A DNA stretch of 34,018 nt from an uncultured virus (IMG/VR IMGVR_UViG_3300009684_000026) (IMGVR_UViG_3300009684_000026), one strand, 5' to 3'; counted from the stretch's first letter, positions 8,644 to 17,775 are shown. The notes: generated from the letters alone by a model not told the origin. Numbers and translations: made by a program.

Positions 8644-10804
8644 AATTAAAACACTTACTGGAGTTTATAGAGCGGTTGTTGCCGATAACAACGACCCAAC
8701 AAATCAAAATAGAGTAAAACTTTTTATACAAACTAACCCAACTGAGAAAACAGATTGGGTTTGGGCATTAGAACCCTCGTCTACTCATACCAAAGCTCCT
8801 GCAATTGGTCAAGGCGTTTGGGTTATGTTTGAAGGTGGAGACCCTGCGTTCCCTATTTGGTTTGGAGAGTTTGGTAAACATCAAGAAGCTAGTAAAAAAT
8901 TATTTTTAAAACCATTAGCAAACTCCGTTTCTTTAAACGAAATCAACGACGTTGTTATAGTCAACAATCAAGATGATGGTACTGAAGAGTTAGATGTTAC
9001 AGATAGCCTTATTGCTATTGCTCAAAAAGAAGTTACTCTTCAAAATGAAATTAATAATATTCAAAATGAAATAAACACATTAACAAACGATGTGCAAGGA
9101 ATCATTATTACTGGAGGAATCCAAGGTTCACAAGGACCAACTGGTCCTCAAGGCCCAACCGGTTCTCAAGGCATTCGTGGATTTCAAGGTTTGCAAGGGC
9201 TTCAAGGAACTAATGGAGCACAGGGGCAAACTGGGTCACAAGGTGTGCAAGGTCTACAAGGAAACACAGGAGCTGGTACTCAAGGAATACAAGGTCTTCA
9301 AGGAATCCAAGGGTCTCTAGGCATTCAAGGTAACTTAGGACCTCAAGGAATACAAGGCATTCAAGGTACGCAAGGTCACACAGGTGCCCAAGGCTACACA
9401 GGAGCCCAAGGGTTTCAAGGTGTTCAAGGAACGCAAGGATATACAGGCTCACAAGGTTATCAAGGCATACAGGGCTTCCAAGGTTTTCAAGGTTTGCAGG
9501 GAGTTCAAGGAGTACAAGGCGTAGGCGTTCAAGGTTATACTGGTTCTCAAGGACCAATAGGAGCGCAAGGAACTAGAGGACTTCAAGGCTTACAAGGGGT
9601 TCAAGGACTTCAAGGTATACAAGGTTTGCAAGGATCATCCGAGGCTACCCAATATGCTGATCACGTTCTGTATGTATCTAAAAGTGGAAACGACAGCAAT
9701 GATGGAACAACTTTAGCGAATGCATTTTTAACAATAAAAGCTGCTTTGGCAGTAGCCGGACCGCGTACAACCGTTTTTGTAAAAAGCGGCGATTACTATG
9801 AGAATAACCCAGTAACTATTCCTGCCTTTGTCTCTGTAGTAGGAGATAGTTTAAGAAGTGTAAACATACACGCATCAAATAGAACATCAGATTTGTTCTA
9901 CGTTAACAACGGAAGCTATATAAAAGAAGTAACTTTTAAAGACCATCTTTCTCCAGCAGCCGCTATTGCTTACAACCCAAATGGTTCTGCAGGTAATATC
10001 TATAGCAGTCCGTATATTTATAACTGCTCGTCCTACACAACCACCGGCACAGGGATGCGTATTGACGGCGCGGTTGTATCTGGTGGAAAGTCTATGGTAG
10101 CTGGTCAATTTACTCAAATTAATTTAAATGGAACTGGCATTCATATCCTTAATAGGGGGTATGCACAATTAGTTAGCATTTACACAATCTGCTGTAACTA
10201 CGGAATTCTCTGTGAAAGTGGTGGGTTTTGTTCGTTGATTGGTTCAGACTCTTCCTTTGGTAACTATGGTCTTGTGGCAAAAGGAGTAAGTGAGCTTTTG
10301 TACACTGGAGTTACTCCAGCAATTGCAAAAAATGACAGTGTAGTGACAATCACTGGATTGTCACAAACTCCTTTTGTAAATAACGTTGTTACTTTTGATG
10401 ATGGGATTACCTATTACACTATCGGAGCGGTCACACCTGTATCTAGTGGAAACTCTACAATCACGTTAATTGAACGAGTTGCATCTAATTTAAGCAGTGG
10501 ACTTACAGCAAAGTTTTTTCAAGCGAGTAAAATTACTGCATCAGGACACACCTTTGAGTATTGTGGAAGTGGAACCGATTTAGTATCTGCGTTGCCTCAG
10601 TCAGGTGGAATACCTATTCAAGCAAACGAAGTCGTACAAGAAAATGGTGGTCAGGTGTACTACACCAGTACAGATCAACGTGGTGACTTTAGGATTGGTA
10701 GTGATTTAACTATCAACCGAGGAACGGGAACTATTACCGGTATAACCTTTGATAAAAGTTTGTTTGCAGTAATGACACCATACATTTTAGCGATTGAAGG
10801 ATAA
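8636..10804 (+). CDS. Central spike-like fusion: gp5/VgrG OB-fold + coiled coil + collagen-like repeat + pectin-lyase-like beta-helix
   Basis: N-terminal 'YRAVVADNNDP...RVK...P.IGQGVWVMFEGGDP.FPIW.G'; G-X-Q repeats at 9116-9634; 'LYVSKSGNDSNDG...AFLTIKAAL...VFVKSGDY.E' beta-helix entry motif. Confidence 0.8.
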   Translation: MYEIKTLTGVYRAVVADNNDPTNQNRVKLFIQTNPTEKTDWVWALEPSSTHTKAPAIGQGVWVMFEGGDPAFPIWFGEFGKHQEASKKLFLKPLANSVSLNEINDVVIVNNQDDGTEELDVTDSLIAIAQKEVTLQNEINNIQNEINTLTNDVQGIIITGGIQGSQGPTGPQGPTGSQGIRGFQGLQGLQGTNGAQGQTGSQGVQGLQGNTGAGTQGIQGLQGIQGSLGIQGNLGPQGIQGIQGTQGHTGAQGYTGAQGFQGVQGTQGYTGSQGYQGIQGFQGFQGLQGVQGVQGVGVQGYTGSQGPIGAQGTRGLQGLQGVQGLQGIQGLQGSSEATQYADHVLYVSKSGNDSNDGTTLANAFLTIKAALAVAGPRTTVFVKSGDYYENNPVTIPAFVSVVGDSLRSVNIHASNRTSDLFYVNNGSYIKEVTFKDHLSPAAAIAYNPNGSAGNIYSSPYIYNCSSYTTTGTGMRIDGAVVSGGKSMVAGQFTQINLNGTGIHILNRGYAQLVSIYTICCNYGILCESGGFCSLIGSDSSFGNYGLVAKGVSELLYTGVTPAIAKNDSVVTITGLSQTPFVNNVVTFDDGITYYTIGAVTPVSSGNSTITLIERVASNLSSGLTAKFFQASKITASGHTFEYCGSGTDLVSALPQSGGIPIQANEVVQENGGQVYYTSTDQRGDFRIGSDLTINRGTGTITGITFDKSLFAVMTPYILAIEG
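9116..9634 (+). repeat. Collagen-like (Gly-X-Gln/Thr)n coding repeat
   Basis: Recurrent caagg 9-bp periodicity; about 170 aa. Confidence 0.95.
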
Positions 10805-10806
10805 CA

Positions 10807-11139
10807 ATGGCAACAATACTAAACGTATTTAAAACAGTCACTGCAGTACTAACCGTTGCAGAACAAGAGCTTTATGTAGCACCTCCTGGATATACATCTA
10901 TTGTTCTTATGGCGCAAGTAAGCAATGTTACGACGTCTTCAAAAACTGTTACGGTGTCACACTTTTTTTCGGCAACAACAACAGAGCTATTAAAAGACTT
11001 TGCTATACCAGCTAATGATGCTGTCTCAGCTACTACAGGTAAATTGGTGTTAGAGTCGGGCCATTCTGTAAAGGCGTCCACGAGTGTGGATAACTCTTGT
11101 AAAGTTACATTAAGCATTTTGGAAACGCTCAATGGCTAA
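10807..11139 (+). CDS. Small beta-rich fibre-associated structural protein
   Basis: T/V/S-rich 110 aa with 'LYVAP.GYTSIVL.AQVSN...GKLVLESG'; lies between two fibre genes. Confidence 0.55.
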   Translation: MATILNVFKTVTAVLTVAEQELYVAPPGYTSIVLMAQVSNVTTSSKTVTVSHFFSATTTELLKDFAIPANDAVSATTGKLVLESGHSVKASTSVDNSCKVTLSILETLNG

Positions 11140-13258
11140 AACCCAATCCGGTAAAATAAAGAAGACACCTCCAACTCAGGTATCGTCTGACCGTTACACA
11201 TTTCTAGGGTTAGCTGATGCAGAACCTGACTTGGGTGTACCGAGTGCTTCTGGTTATGTTCTAACTTCTTCCCTACAAGGCGTAAGAAGTTGGGTTACAA
11301 CGTCTACCCTTCAAGGACCGCAAGGCCCTCAAGGTGTTCAAGGTGTTCAAGGAACTCAAGGCATACAAGGACTGCAAGGAATTACTGGCTCTCAAGGAAT
11401 CAATGGTACCCAAGGAGCTCAAGGTATCCAAGGCTATACCGGAACGATAGGTAGCCAAGGTACAACTGGTAGCCAAGGGTCTACTGGTACACAAGGATTT
11501 CAAGGCATCACAGGATCGCAAGGCATCCAAGGAGTTCAAGGGTTTCAAGGTACAACTGGTAGCCAAGGTGTTCAAGGAAGACAAGGAACCACAGGTTCCC
11601 AAGGAGCTACCGGTACCCAAGGTACGACAGGTACACAAGGTACGACTGGTAGCCAAGGTGTTCAAGGAAGACAAGGAACTACCGGAAGCACAGGTAGCCA
11701 AGGAACCACAGGTTCCCAAGGTACAACGGGAACTCAAGGTTCTACTGGTAGCCAAGGAACCACAGGCAGCCAAGGAGTTACAGGCTCTCAAGGAGCTACT
11801 GGTATTCAAGGAATTCAAGGGGTTCAAGGCACCCAAGGAACACAAGGCCTGCAAGGAGTAGGCATCCAAGGAAGTGCTGGTACGTCGGTAACAATTCTTG
11901 GCTCTTACGCAACACTTGCTGACCTTCAAGCAGCACACCCAACAGGAAACCCTGGCGATGGTTACATTGTTAGCCCATATCTGTACGTTTGGTCAGCCAC
12001 AACTAGTTCATGGGTAAACGTAGGAGTTGTTCAAGGCCCGCAAGGTGTTCAAGGAACTCAAGGTACAACAGGTTCCCAAGGCACGACTGGTAGCCAAGGA
12101 ACAACTGGTAGCCAAGGAACAACAGGCAGTCAAGGTTCTACTGGTACACAGGGAACTACTGGTAGCCAAGGAACCACTGGTTCACAGGGAACTACAGGTA
12201 CTCAAGGTGATACAGGTAGCCAAGGCACCACGGGTAGCCAAGGAACCACTGGTACACAGGGAACCATTGGTAGCCAGGGAGCTACTGGCACACAAGGCGA
12301 TGTAGGAACGCAAGGCACTACAGGCAGTCAAGGTACCCAGGGTATTCAAGGATTTCAAGGAACTACAGGGTCTACGGGTACTCAAGGTTCGCAAGGAACC
12401 ACAGGGTTTCAAGGAGCACAAGGTATCCAAGGGTATGTAGGAACCACGGGTAGCCAAGGCACGACTGGTTCCCAAGGAGCCACGGGCATACAAGGCACCG
12501 TTGGTTCAACAGGTACCCAAGGCACGACTGGTAGCCAAGGAACAACAGGCAGTCAAGGCTCTACTGGGACACAGGGAACTACGGGTACTCAAGGCAATAC
12601 AGGAACGCAAGGTAACACAGGAACTCAAGGGTTTACTGGAGCTCAAGGGTATGCTGGAACCACAGGCTCTCAAGGAACAACCGGAACGCAAGGAGCGACA
12701 GGTACTCAAGGCTTTCAGGGGGTTATAGGAGCTACAGGAACTACAGGCTCACAAGGAGCGACGGGTACACAAGGGGCAAGAGGAACGCAAGGAACTCAAG
12801 GACTTCAAGGAACAGATGGCCTTCAAGGGTACGTAGGATCACAAGGCGACCAAGGTAACCAAGGAACACAGGGATTTCAAGGGTACACCGGAGTTGGGTC
12901 TCAAGGAGCACAGGGATTCCAAGGCACTACTGGAACGGGGTCACAAGGACTACAAGGTTTTCAAGGAATAACTGGAACAGGTTCACAAGGTTTTCAAGGA
13001 TTCCAAGGGTTGCAAGGCGTGCAAGGATTCCAAGGAACATCAGGAACAGGTGCCCAAGGTTTTCAAGGGTTTCAAGGTTTTCAAGGTGCCCAAGGATTTC
13101 AAGGTATACAAGGCTTTCAAGGTACGCAAGGTTTACAGAGCCCACAGGGTGTACAAGGATTTCAAGGCCTGCAAGGAGCAAGTATTCAAGGCCCATCAGG
13201 TACATCAATATCTGTTGACGATTTGTACGCACGAATTTTTATGGTTATGGGAGCTTGA
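11132..13258 (+). CDS. Collagen-like tail fibre protein
   Basis: Two long G-X-Q/T tracts separated by a ~50-aa globular insert (ILGSY...HPTGNPGDGY...YVW...W.NVG). Confidence 0.85.
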   Translation: MAKTQSGKIKKTPPTQVSSDRYTFLGLADAEPDLGVPSASGYVLTSSLQGVRSWVTTSTLQGPQGPQGVQGVQGTQGIQGLQGITGSQGINGTQGAQGIQGYTGTIGSQGTTGSQGSTGTQGFQGITGSQGIQGVQGFQGTTGSQGVQGRQGTTGSQGATGTQGTTGTQGTTGSQGVQGRQGTTGSTGSQGTTGSQGTTGTQGSTGSQGTTGSQGVTGSQGATGIQGIQGVQGTQGTQGLQGVGIQGSAGTSVTILGSYATLADLQAAHPTGNPGDGYIVSPYLYVWSATTSSWVNVGVVQGPQGVQGTQGTTGSQGTTGSQGTTGSQGTTGSQGSTGTQGTTGSQGTTGSQGTTGTQGDTGSQGTTGSQGTTGTQGTIGSQGATGTQGDVGTQGTTGSQGTQGIQGFQGTTGSTGTQGSQGTTGFQGAQGIQGYVGTTGSQGTTGSQGATGIQGTVGSTGTQGTTGSQGTTGSQGSTGTQGTTGTQGNTGTQGNTGTQGFTGAQGYAGTTGSQGTTGTQGATGTQGFQGVIGATGTTGSQGATGTQGARGTQGTQGLQGTDGLQGYVGSQGDQGNQGTQGFQGYTGVGSQGAQGFQGTTGTGSQGLQGFQGITGTGSQGFQGFQGLQGVQGFQGTSGTGAQGFQGFQGFQGAQGFQGIQGFQGTQGLQSPQGVQGFQGLQGASIQGPSGTSISVDDLYARIFMVMGA
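11315..13201 (+). repeat. Collagen-like coding repeats (two blocks, about 11315-11881 and 12032-13201)
   Basis: GSQGTT/GTQG/GFQG units; near-identical 44-bp duplication at 11546-11589 and 11636-11679. Confidence 0.95.
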
Positions 13259-13331
13259 ACATAGATACAGTTCAGCCAGTAAATTAACTCTAAAGACGAG
13301 AAAATAACTGATAAGACTGAAAGGAAGTTAA

Positions 13332-13787
13332 GTGACAGTATATTATCCAGATAGAATCAAAACGTTTTCAATAAAAGCTGATTACACTACGACTATCTTA
13401 GCTGAACACGTTAACAGCCTTCAAGATGAAGTTAACGCACTTGAGTTCTATCTTGGCACTTACATCACAGTTAGCTCTGGATGGTCTGGGTCTTTTGATC
13501 GTGTAACCACAAACTGGAATACAGTAAAAGATCGTCTTGCAAATATTGAGTATGGGTTGAATACAACTTATAACGCAAAAGTTCCTACTGGAGGTTCTGC
13601 AGGACAAGTATTGGTTAAAAACTCTAGCGATGACTATGACATGTCGTGGAGTACCTCTAATTCATTACCATCTCAATCAGGTAATAACGGTAAATATCTA
13701 ACAACAAATGGAAGCTCAGCTTCTTGGGCTACCGTTTCAGGTACAGCAGGAGAGACGATTAGTTCTCTATTACTTATCGGAGCATAA
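13332..13787 (+). CDS. Virion structural / fibre adaptor protein
   Basis: GTG start with SD GAAAGGA; 'AEHVNSLQDEVNALE' coil; 'PTGGSAGQVL.K' and 'LPSQSGNNGKYLTTNG...SW' fibre-type repeats. Confidence 0.6.
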   Translation: MTVYYPDRIKTFSIKADYTTTILAEHVNSLQDEVNALEFYLGTYITVSSGWSGSFDRVTTNWNTVKDRLANIEYGLNTTYNAKVPTGGSAGQVLVKNSSDDYDMSWSTSNSLPSQSGNNGKYLTTNGSSASWATVSGTAGETISSLLLIGA

Positions 13788-13790
13788 CTT

Positions 13791-15743
13791 ATGTCAAAGT
13801 ACGGCAATATTGTATACCACAGTGGAACATACGGAGAAACACAACTAGTTTCTTATTCCGTAGAACCAATGTATATTCACGTTAAAAATTTTGGCGAAAC
13901 TGAATTACTGTGGAATTCTCCTAGTGGGTATTATTCAAAGTTTAGATTAGTAAGAAACCAAGATGGGTTTCCAGAAACTGCCGAAGATGGATTAATTGTT
14001 TACGAAGCATCATCTTCGGATGGTTCTAGTATTGAAGGTAAAGTTACAACTATCTTTACAGATGGGTTAGACAACCCAGATATGGTTAAACCTATTGAGG
14101 GAAGACCAATTTATTATCGTGTGTTTTTATTTAGAGAAGAAAAATACTGGGTTATAGCTGGCTCTATTGTAGATATCATGCCAGAAAATACTGGCGTAAT
14201 AGATAGAATGATAAACTTATTGCCAAGAGTGTACACAAGTCAAGAGCTATCTCCATTAGGGGTAGTAGACCCAAACTCTACTTTGTACAAATTTATGGAT
14301 GCTTTAGCCTTTACATACGAGCAGTTACTTACAGAGATAAAGTTAATCCGCCCTCAATACACCGTTGATAGAGCTACGTATTCAACAATACCCACTGAAA
14401 ATGCAAGCTTAGGATTACCTACAGAATACAACCTGCCAATATCTAACCAAAGAAAGTTAATTAGAGAAGCGTTGTATTTGTATAGCCAACGTGGTTTAAA
14501 ATCTGGATTAGAAAATTATGCAGAAGCTTTAACTGGGTATATACCCACAGCAACTATCTCCCAAAACTTATTGCTTTCAGTTCAAGACTCAACTTTTTAT
14601 GAATCTGTTGGTCGTTGGTACTCTGAAAAAGCAACTCTTACACCAAGTACGGATATAACACCGCTTTACAGTGATAACGTAATTGACCATCAGTACTCGT
14701 GTAAAGTAATTGCAACTGACATTGGTGCCATGAATTTAGGTGCAGATGCTCCAATCACACGTGGAGTGCCTGTAACTCCAAACACACAGTACACCGCAGG
14801 CTTCTACATGCGCTCACCAACAAGTGCTGGAAGCATGACTATCTCTGTTCAATTCTTTGATAGAAACGGCGTACAAACATCTGCATTACAAACCTCCACA
14901 GCGGTCTCTGCAAACGACACATGGAAACTTGTAAACATAACCGTTACTTCAGACTCCACCTCTTATTACGCACGGCTTCAAATTGATTGGGACACTACCG
15001 GAACTTATTACGTGGACCAAGTCTCTATGCAAACAGGGGATTCTTTTGTGTACGATGAAGCTCGCGCTGTTAACTTAAACTTGATGGCAAAAAAAGTTAA
15101 CTACATAACCAACCCATCTTTTGAAATAAACTCAACTGGTTGGTCATTAACAGGTACAACATTTAGTCAAAATACCGATGTGCCATTAGATGGCTATGCT
15201 GGGACTTACAGCGGTCAATTTGTTGCTGCAGGAAATTGGTCTATAACTAACGTAAATCACCTAAGTGTGGAACCAGGTAACTACTTTACATTTTCTATGT
15301 ACTGTAAGTCTGCAAATATAACCAACATGCTAATGGAAATAAAAATTTACAACTCAAATGACGTCTTGCAAAAAACATTCTCTGAAACACACCCTGTATC
15401 AAACTCTTGGGTAAGACACTCGTTGACTGGTTTAATTGATGCGTTTTCGGATGCGTCTTACGCCACTGTAAAGTTTAGCGGAACTGCAGGAACTCTTCTT
15501 TTAGACATGGTTCAAGCAGAGCACGCTTTTGAAGCTACAGATTACATTGATGGTTCAATGCCAGAACAACTTGGTGTGGAATGGGCTGGAACAGCGCATC
15601 AATCATACTCGTTGGAGTACCCATCAAAGCCTATAAAAATACCTAAACTTGCTTACACAATGCAAGAGTGGGTACCAATGAATTGTTGGTGGAGAATCAC
15701 CACACCTGCCGGTCCGGAGTTTACTAACCTAACAGCGGTGTAA
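13791..15743 (+). CDS. Baseplate/tail protein (P2 gpI-like central region) with C-terminal carbohydrate-binding-like modules
   Basis: 'LLPRVY', 'LYSQRGLKSGLENYAEALTG' gpI-like region; two CBM4/9-like units ('VTPNTQYTAGFY...W', 'NYITNPSFE...W', 'VEPGNYFTFSMY'). Confidence 0.7.
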   Translation: MSKYGNIVYHSGTYGETQLVSYSVEPMYIHVKNFGETELLWNSPSGYYSKFRLVRNQDGFPETAEDGLIVYEASSSDGSSIEGKVTTIFTDGLDNPDMVKPIEGRPIYYRVFLFREEKYWVIAGSIVDIMPENTGVIDRMINLLPRVYTSQELSPLGVVDPNSTLYKFMDALAFTYEQLLTEIKLIRPQYTVDRATYSTIPTENASLGLPTEYNLPISNQRKLIREALYLYSQRGLKSGLENYAEALTGYIPTATISQNLLLSVQDSTFYESVGRWYSEKATLTPSTDITPLYSDNVIDHQYSCKVIATDIGAMNLGADAPITRGVPVTPNTQYTAGFYMRSPTSAGSMTISVQFFDRNGVQTSALQTSTAVSANDTWKLVNITVTSDSTSYYARLQIDWDTTGTYYVDQVSMQTGDSFVYDEARAVNLNLMAKKVNYITNPSFEINSTGWSLTGTTFSQNTDVPLDGYAGTYSGQFVAAGNWSITNVNHLSVEPGNYFTFSMYCKSANITNMLMEIKIYNSNDVLQKTFSETHPVSNSWVRHSLTGLIDAFSDASYATVKFSGTAGTLLLDMVQAEHAFEATDYIDGSMPEQLGVEWAGTAHQSYSLEYPSKPIKIPKLAYTMQEWVPMNCWWRITTPAGPEFTNLTAV

Positions 15744-15752
15744 TATGTGCTC
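15741..15752 (+). promoter_or_regulatory. Candidate -10 element (TAATAT) 6 nt before ATG 15753; leaderless-type promoter at the structural/replication boundary
   Basis: TAATAT at 15741-15746, ATG at 15753, no SD upstream. Confidence 0.4.
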
Positions 15753-16037
15753 ATGGTTAATTTACTTATAGCAACGTTCCTGTCAGGCATAGCCGTTACA
15801 TTTGCAATTGAACTACTAGACATCCTATTAGGATTATTTTTTGAAAAAGAAATGGTCTATAAGATACTCTCTTTGCCATTAAGTTTTGGCGCATTAACAT
15901 GCTTTTTCAAAATAGAAAAAGAATTTCTAGTACTTGTTCCTGCGACAGCTTTTATCGTGTTAATCTTAAACAAGGTTATTAACAAACCCGCAGTGTTCAC
16001 TGCAGATAGACGACAACTACCAAGACTTGGGGCATAA
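15753..16037 (+). CDS. Small membrane protein (about 3 TM segments; possibly holin-like)
   Basis: Three hydrophobic stretches and a basic C-terminus; ATG 15753 preferred to GTG 15747. Confidence 0.5.
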   Translation: MVNLLIATFLSGIAVTFAIELLDILLGLFFEKEMVYKILSLPLSFGALTCFFKIEKEFLVLVPATAFIVLILNKVINKPAVFTADRRQLPRLGA

Positions 16038-16630
16038 TGAAGATTGCTATATTTTCGGATGAAAACTTAGACGTTTCAAACGGCATTGATCAAATAATAA
16101 GCCAATACTCTGAACAATCTCCTGAGATTCTTTTTCCAGTAAAGGCAAATCAGGATGACTTCTCTCAGAGCGTTATTAGAAAATGCTTAGAGAACAGGGT
16201 AAAGGTAACGGTTTACTTTAAAGACGCAGAAAATCTAGAGCACATAATCAAACAGGTGGATTCTACAGTCGTATGCGATGAGCCAATCCAAGAAGTCCTA
16301 CGTCAACTTGACCAAAACTCAGCTGTTGGTATGGTATGGACAGACAGTATGCAAAACCATTTGATCTTGCACACCGTTGAAGATTTAGCGTTGGACATTT
16401 GGGACATTACAGAACAGCTAGACCCCATTGAAGTAGACGACGATCCTTTTTTTGGTATGGATTCAAACGAGCTTCATGACGTGGTGCACAAAGCGTTAGA
16501 GGTATTTGCTGACTCTATGGCTGCGTACATTGCAGCAACTGTGATGGACTCGTTGGGCCAGGCAGTAGCGGAACATCTAACAACCCAGATGAGAAAAAAA
16601 GATATCTCACCTTTTGACGACCAGGAGTAA
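16037..16630 (+). CDS. Hypothetical acidic protein
   Basis: 197-aa ORF coupled to the upstream gene by a TAATG overlap. Confidence 0.7.
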   Translation: MKIAIFSDENLDVSNGIDQIISQYSEQSPEILFPVKANQDDFSQSVIRKCLENRVKVTVYFKDAENLEHIIKQVDSTVVCDEPIQEVLRQLDQNSAVGMVWTDSMQNHLILHTVEDLALDIWDITEQLDPIEVDDDPFFGMDSNELHDVVHKALEVFADSMAAYIAATVMDSLGQAVAEHLTTQMRKKDISPFDDQE

Positions 16631-16636
16631 TCGCTG

Positions 16637-17644
16637 ATGACATTTCCTCCTGAAGCCTTTACCGCCAACATCACCGATTACCAGTTTAGGTTACTGGCTA
16701 TATTATGCCGTTTAGCGGGCCCTGGAGGGCTACTACAGACCTCAGTAGCTGATCTATGTGTAGAGAGTAACAAAGCCAGTGATAAGACCGTTCGTAGCGC
16801 TTTACAGGCCTTAGAAAATGCTGGATTGATCTTTACTAAGGCTACTAAACGGGCCAATGGGTACCAAGGAAAGAAACTTATCTTGGTAAAAAATTACCAA
16901 TATGAAGAGCCGTTGTTGGTAAAAAATTACCAAGATGGGGAGCCGTTGTTGGTAAAAAATTACCGCACCTCACATGGTTATGTGACTAATGGTCGTACTA
17001 GCCATCCTAGCTATAAGCCATTAGTACCTAATGACCAAGTAGTTAATAGTAATAAATTAAAAGAATCTGAAACCGTAGGTTTCACAAAAGAAATTCGGGT
17101 ACCTATGAAACGATACGAAGACGACGTTGACTCCCTTGCAGGGTTCGGACTGCTTGAGCCAAACGCTGAGCCTCAGCCTATGATTCGCAAGACAGACCCA
17201 AAGACTCGTGGAAAACGACCAGAGCATGAATGGACTGCCATGGATGTTGCTGCTGAGTTCAGCTACCAAGTCGGTCGTAAGTACCCCCTCTTACCCGGCA
17301 CAGTCAATGTGAAGCAACTGTCTGGGGCATTGAGGAAGTTTCGTACCCAGTACGGTACAACCCCCTTGATAGAGCTTGAGTTACTGAGGCTGTTCATTGG
17401 GGATGAACGTAACTTTAAGAACATTGGGGATGAAGCTCCTATGCTCTACAAGGTATACCTAGCTTCTTTTGGTACCAAAATGAACCAAGCTCGTGAGAAT
17501 TTGGGCCTTAACAAGGTCACAGCAAAGTTAGAAACCGCCCCAGTATCTGCTAAGCTGATTGCAAGTGATGGTCGTACTTTTCAAAACTCTTTGTCTGGGC
17601 GTTCCCAGTTAGAGCGTTACGAAAAAAAGCTCAAGGGGTTTTGA
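16637..17644 (+). CDS. Helix-turn-helix replication initiator-like protein
   Basis: N-terminal wHTH ('QFRLLAIL...SVADLC....SDKTVRSALQALENAGLI'); internal DNA repeats; upstream of DnaC-like loader and DnaB; SD AGGAG. Confidence 0.7.
   Translation: MTFPPEAFTANITDYQFRLLAILCRLAGPGGLLQTSVADLCVESNKASDKTVRSALQALENAGLIFTKATKRANGYQGKKLILVKNYQYEEPLLVKNYQDGEPLLVKNYRTSHGYVTNGRTSHPSYKPLVPNDQVVNSNKLKESETVGFTKEIRVPMKRYEDDVDSLAGFGLLEPNAEPQPMIRKTDPKTRGKRPEHEWTAMDVAAEFSYQVGRKYPLLPGTVNVKQLSGALRKFRTQYGTTPLIELELLRLFIGDERNFKNIGDEAPMLYKVYLASFGTKMNQARENLGLNKVTAKLETAPVSAKLIASDGRTFQNSLSGRSQLERYEKKLKGF
16883..16964. repeat. Three palindromic iterons TTGGTAA-AAAA-TTACCAA at 33-bp period; probable replication origin
   Basis: Copies start at 16883, 16916 and 16949 (the third ends TTACCGC). 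Confidence 0.8.
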
Positions 17645-17775
17645 TGGAACTTATTGCATATGCAGTCCTTGTAATAACGACGTTTACTTTAGTTCGTTTA
17701 ACAATCCTGAAAGGATTTAACAGTGCCAAAAAAAATAACAAAAAAGTTCACGGCAACACTCACACTCAATACTGA
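17644..17775 (+). CDS. Unannotated 43-aa single-TM peptide
   Basis: MELIAYAVLVITTFTLVRLTILKGFNSAKKNNKKVHGNTHTQY*; TGATG coupling and AAGGGG SD. Confidence 0.45.
   Translation: MELIAYAVLVITTFTLVRLTILKGFNSAKKNNKKVHGNTHTQY

Noticed and set aside
11546..11679. 44-bp duplication as a DGR template/variable repeat pair
   Set aside because: No reverse transcriptase in the window, and the copies lie within collagen repeats where slippage duplication is expected
13259..13331. Intergenic gap as an ncRNA, tRNA or terminator
   Set aside because: No convincing stem or cloverleaf; it may hold a promoter but no motif can be supported
5..15743. Extracellular contractile injection system or tailocin
   Set aside because: Contiguous with a complete phage replication module, so a phage is the simpler explanation
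16883..16964. 33-bp periodic palindromic repeats as a mini-CRISPR array (a Cas4-like gene is in the window)
   Set aside because: The intervening 15-bp segments are nearly identical and too short for spacers, the repeats are in frame within a CDS, and there are no cas1/cas2; stand-alone Cas4-like nucleases are common in phages
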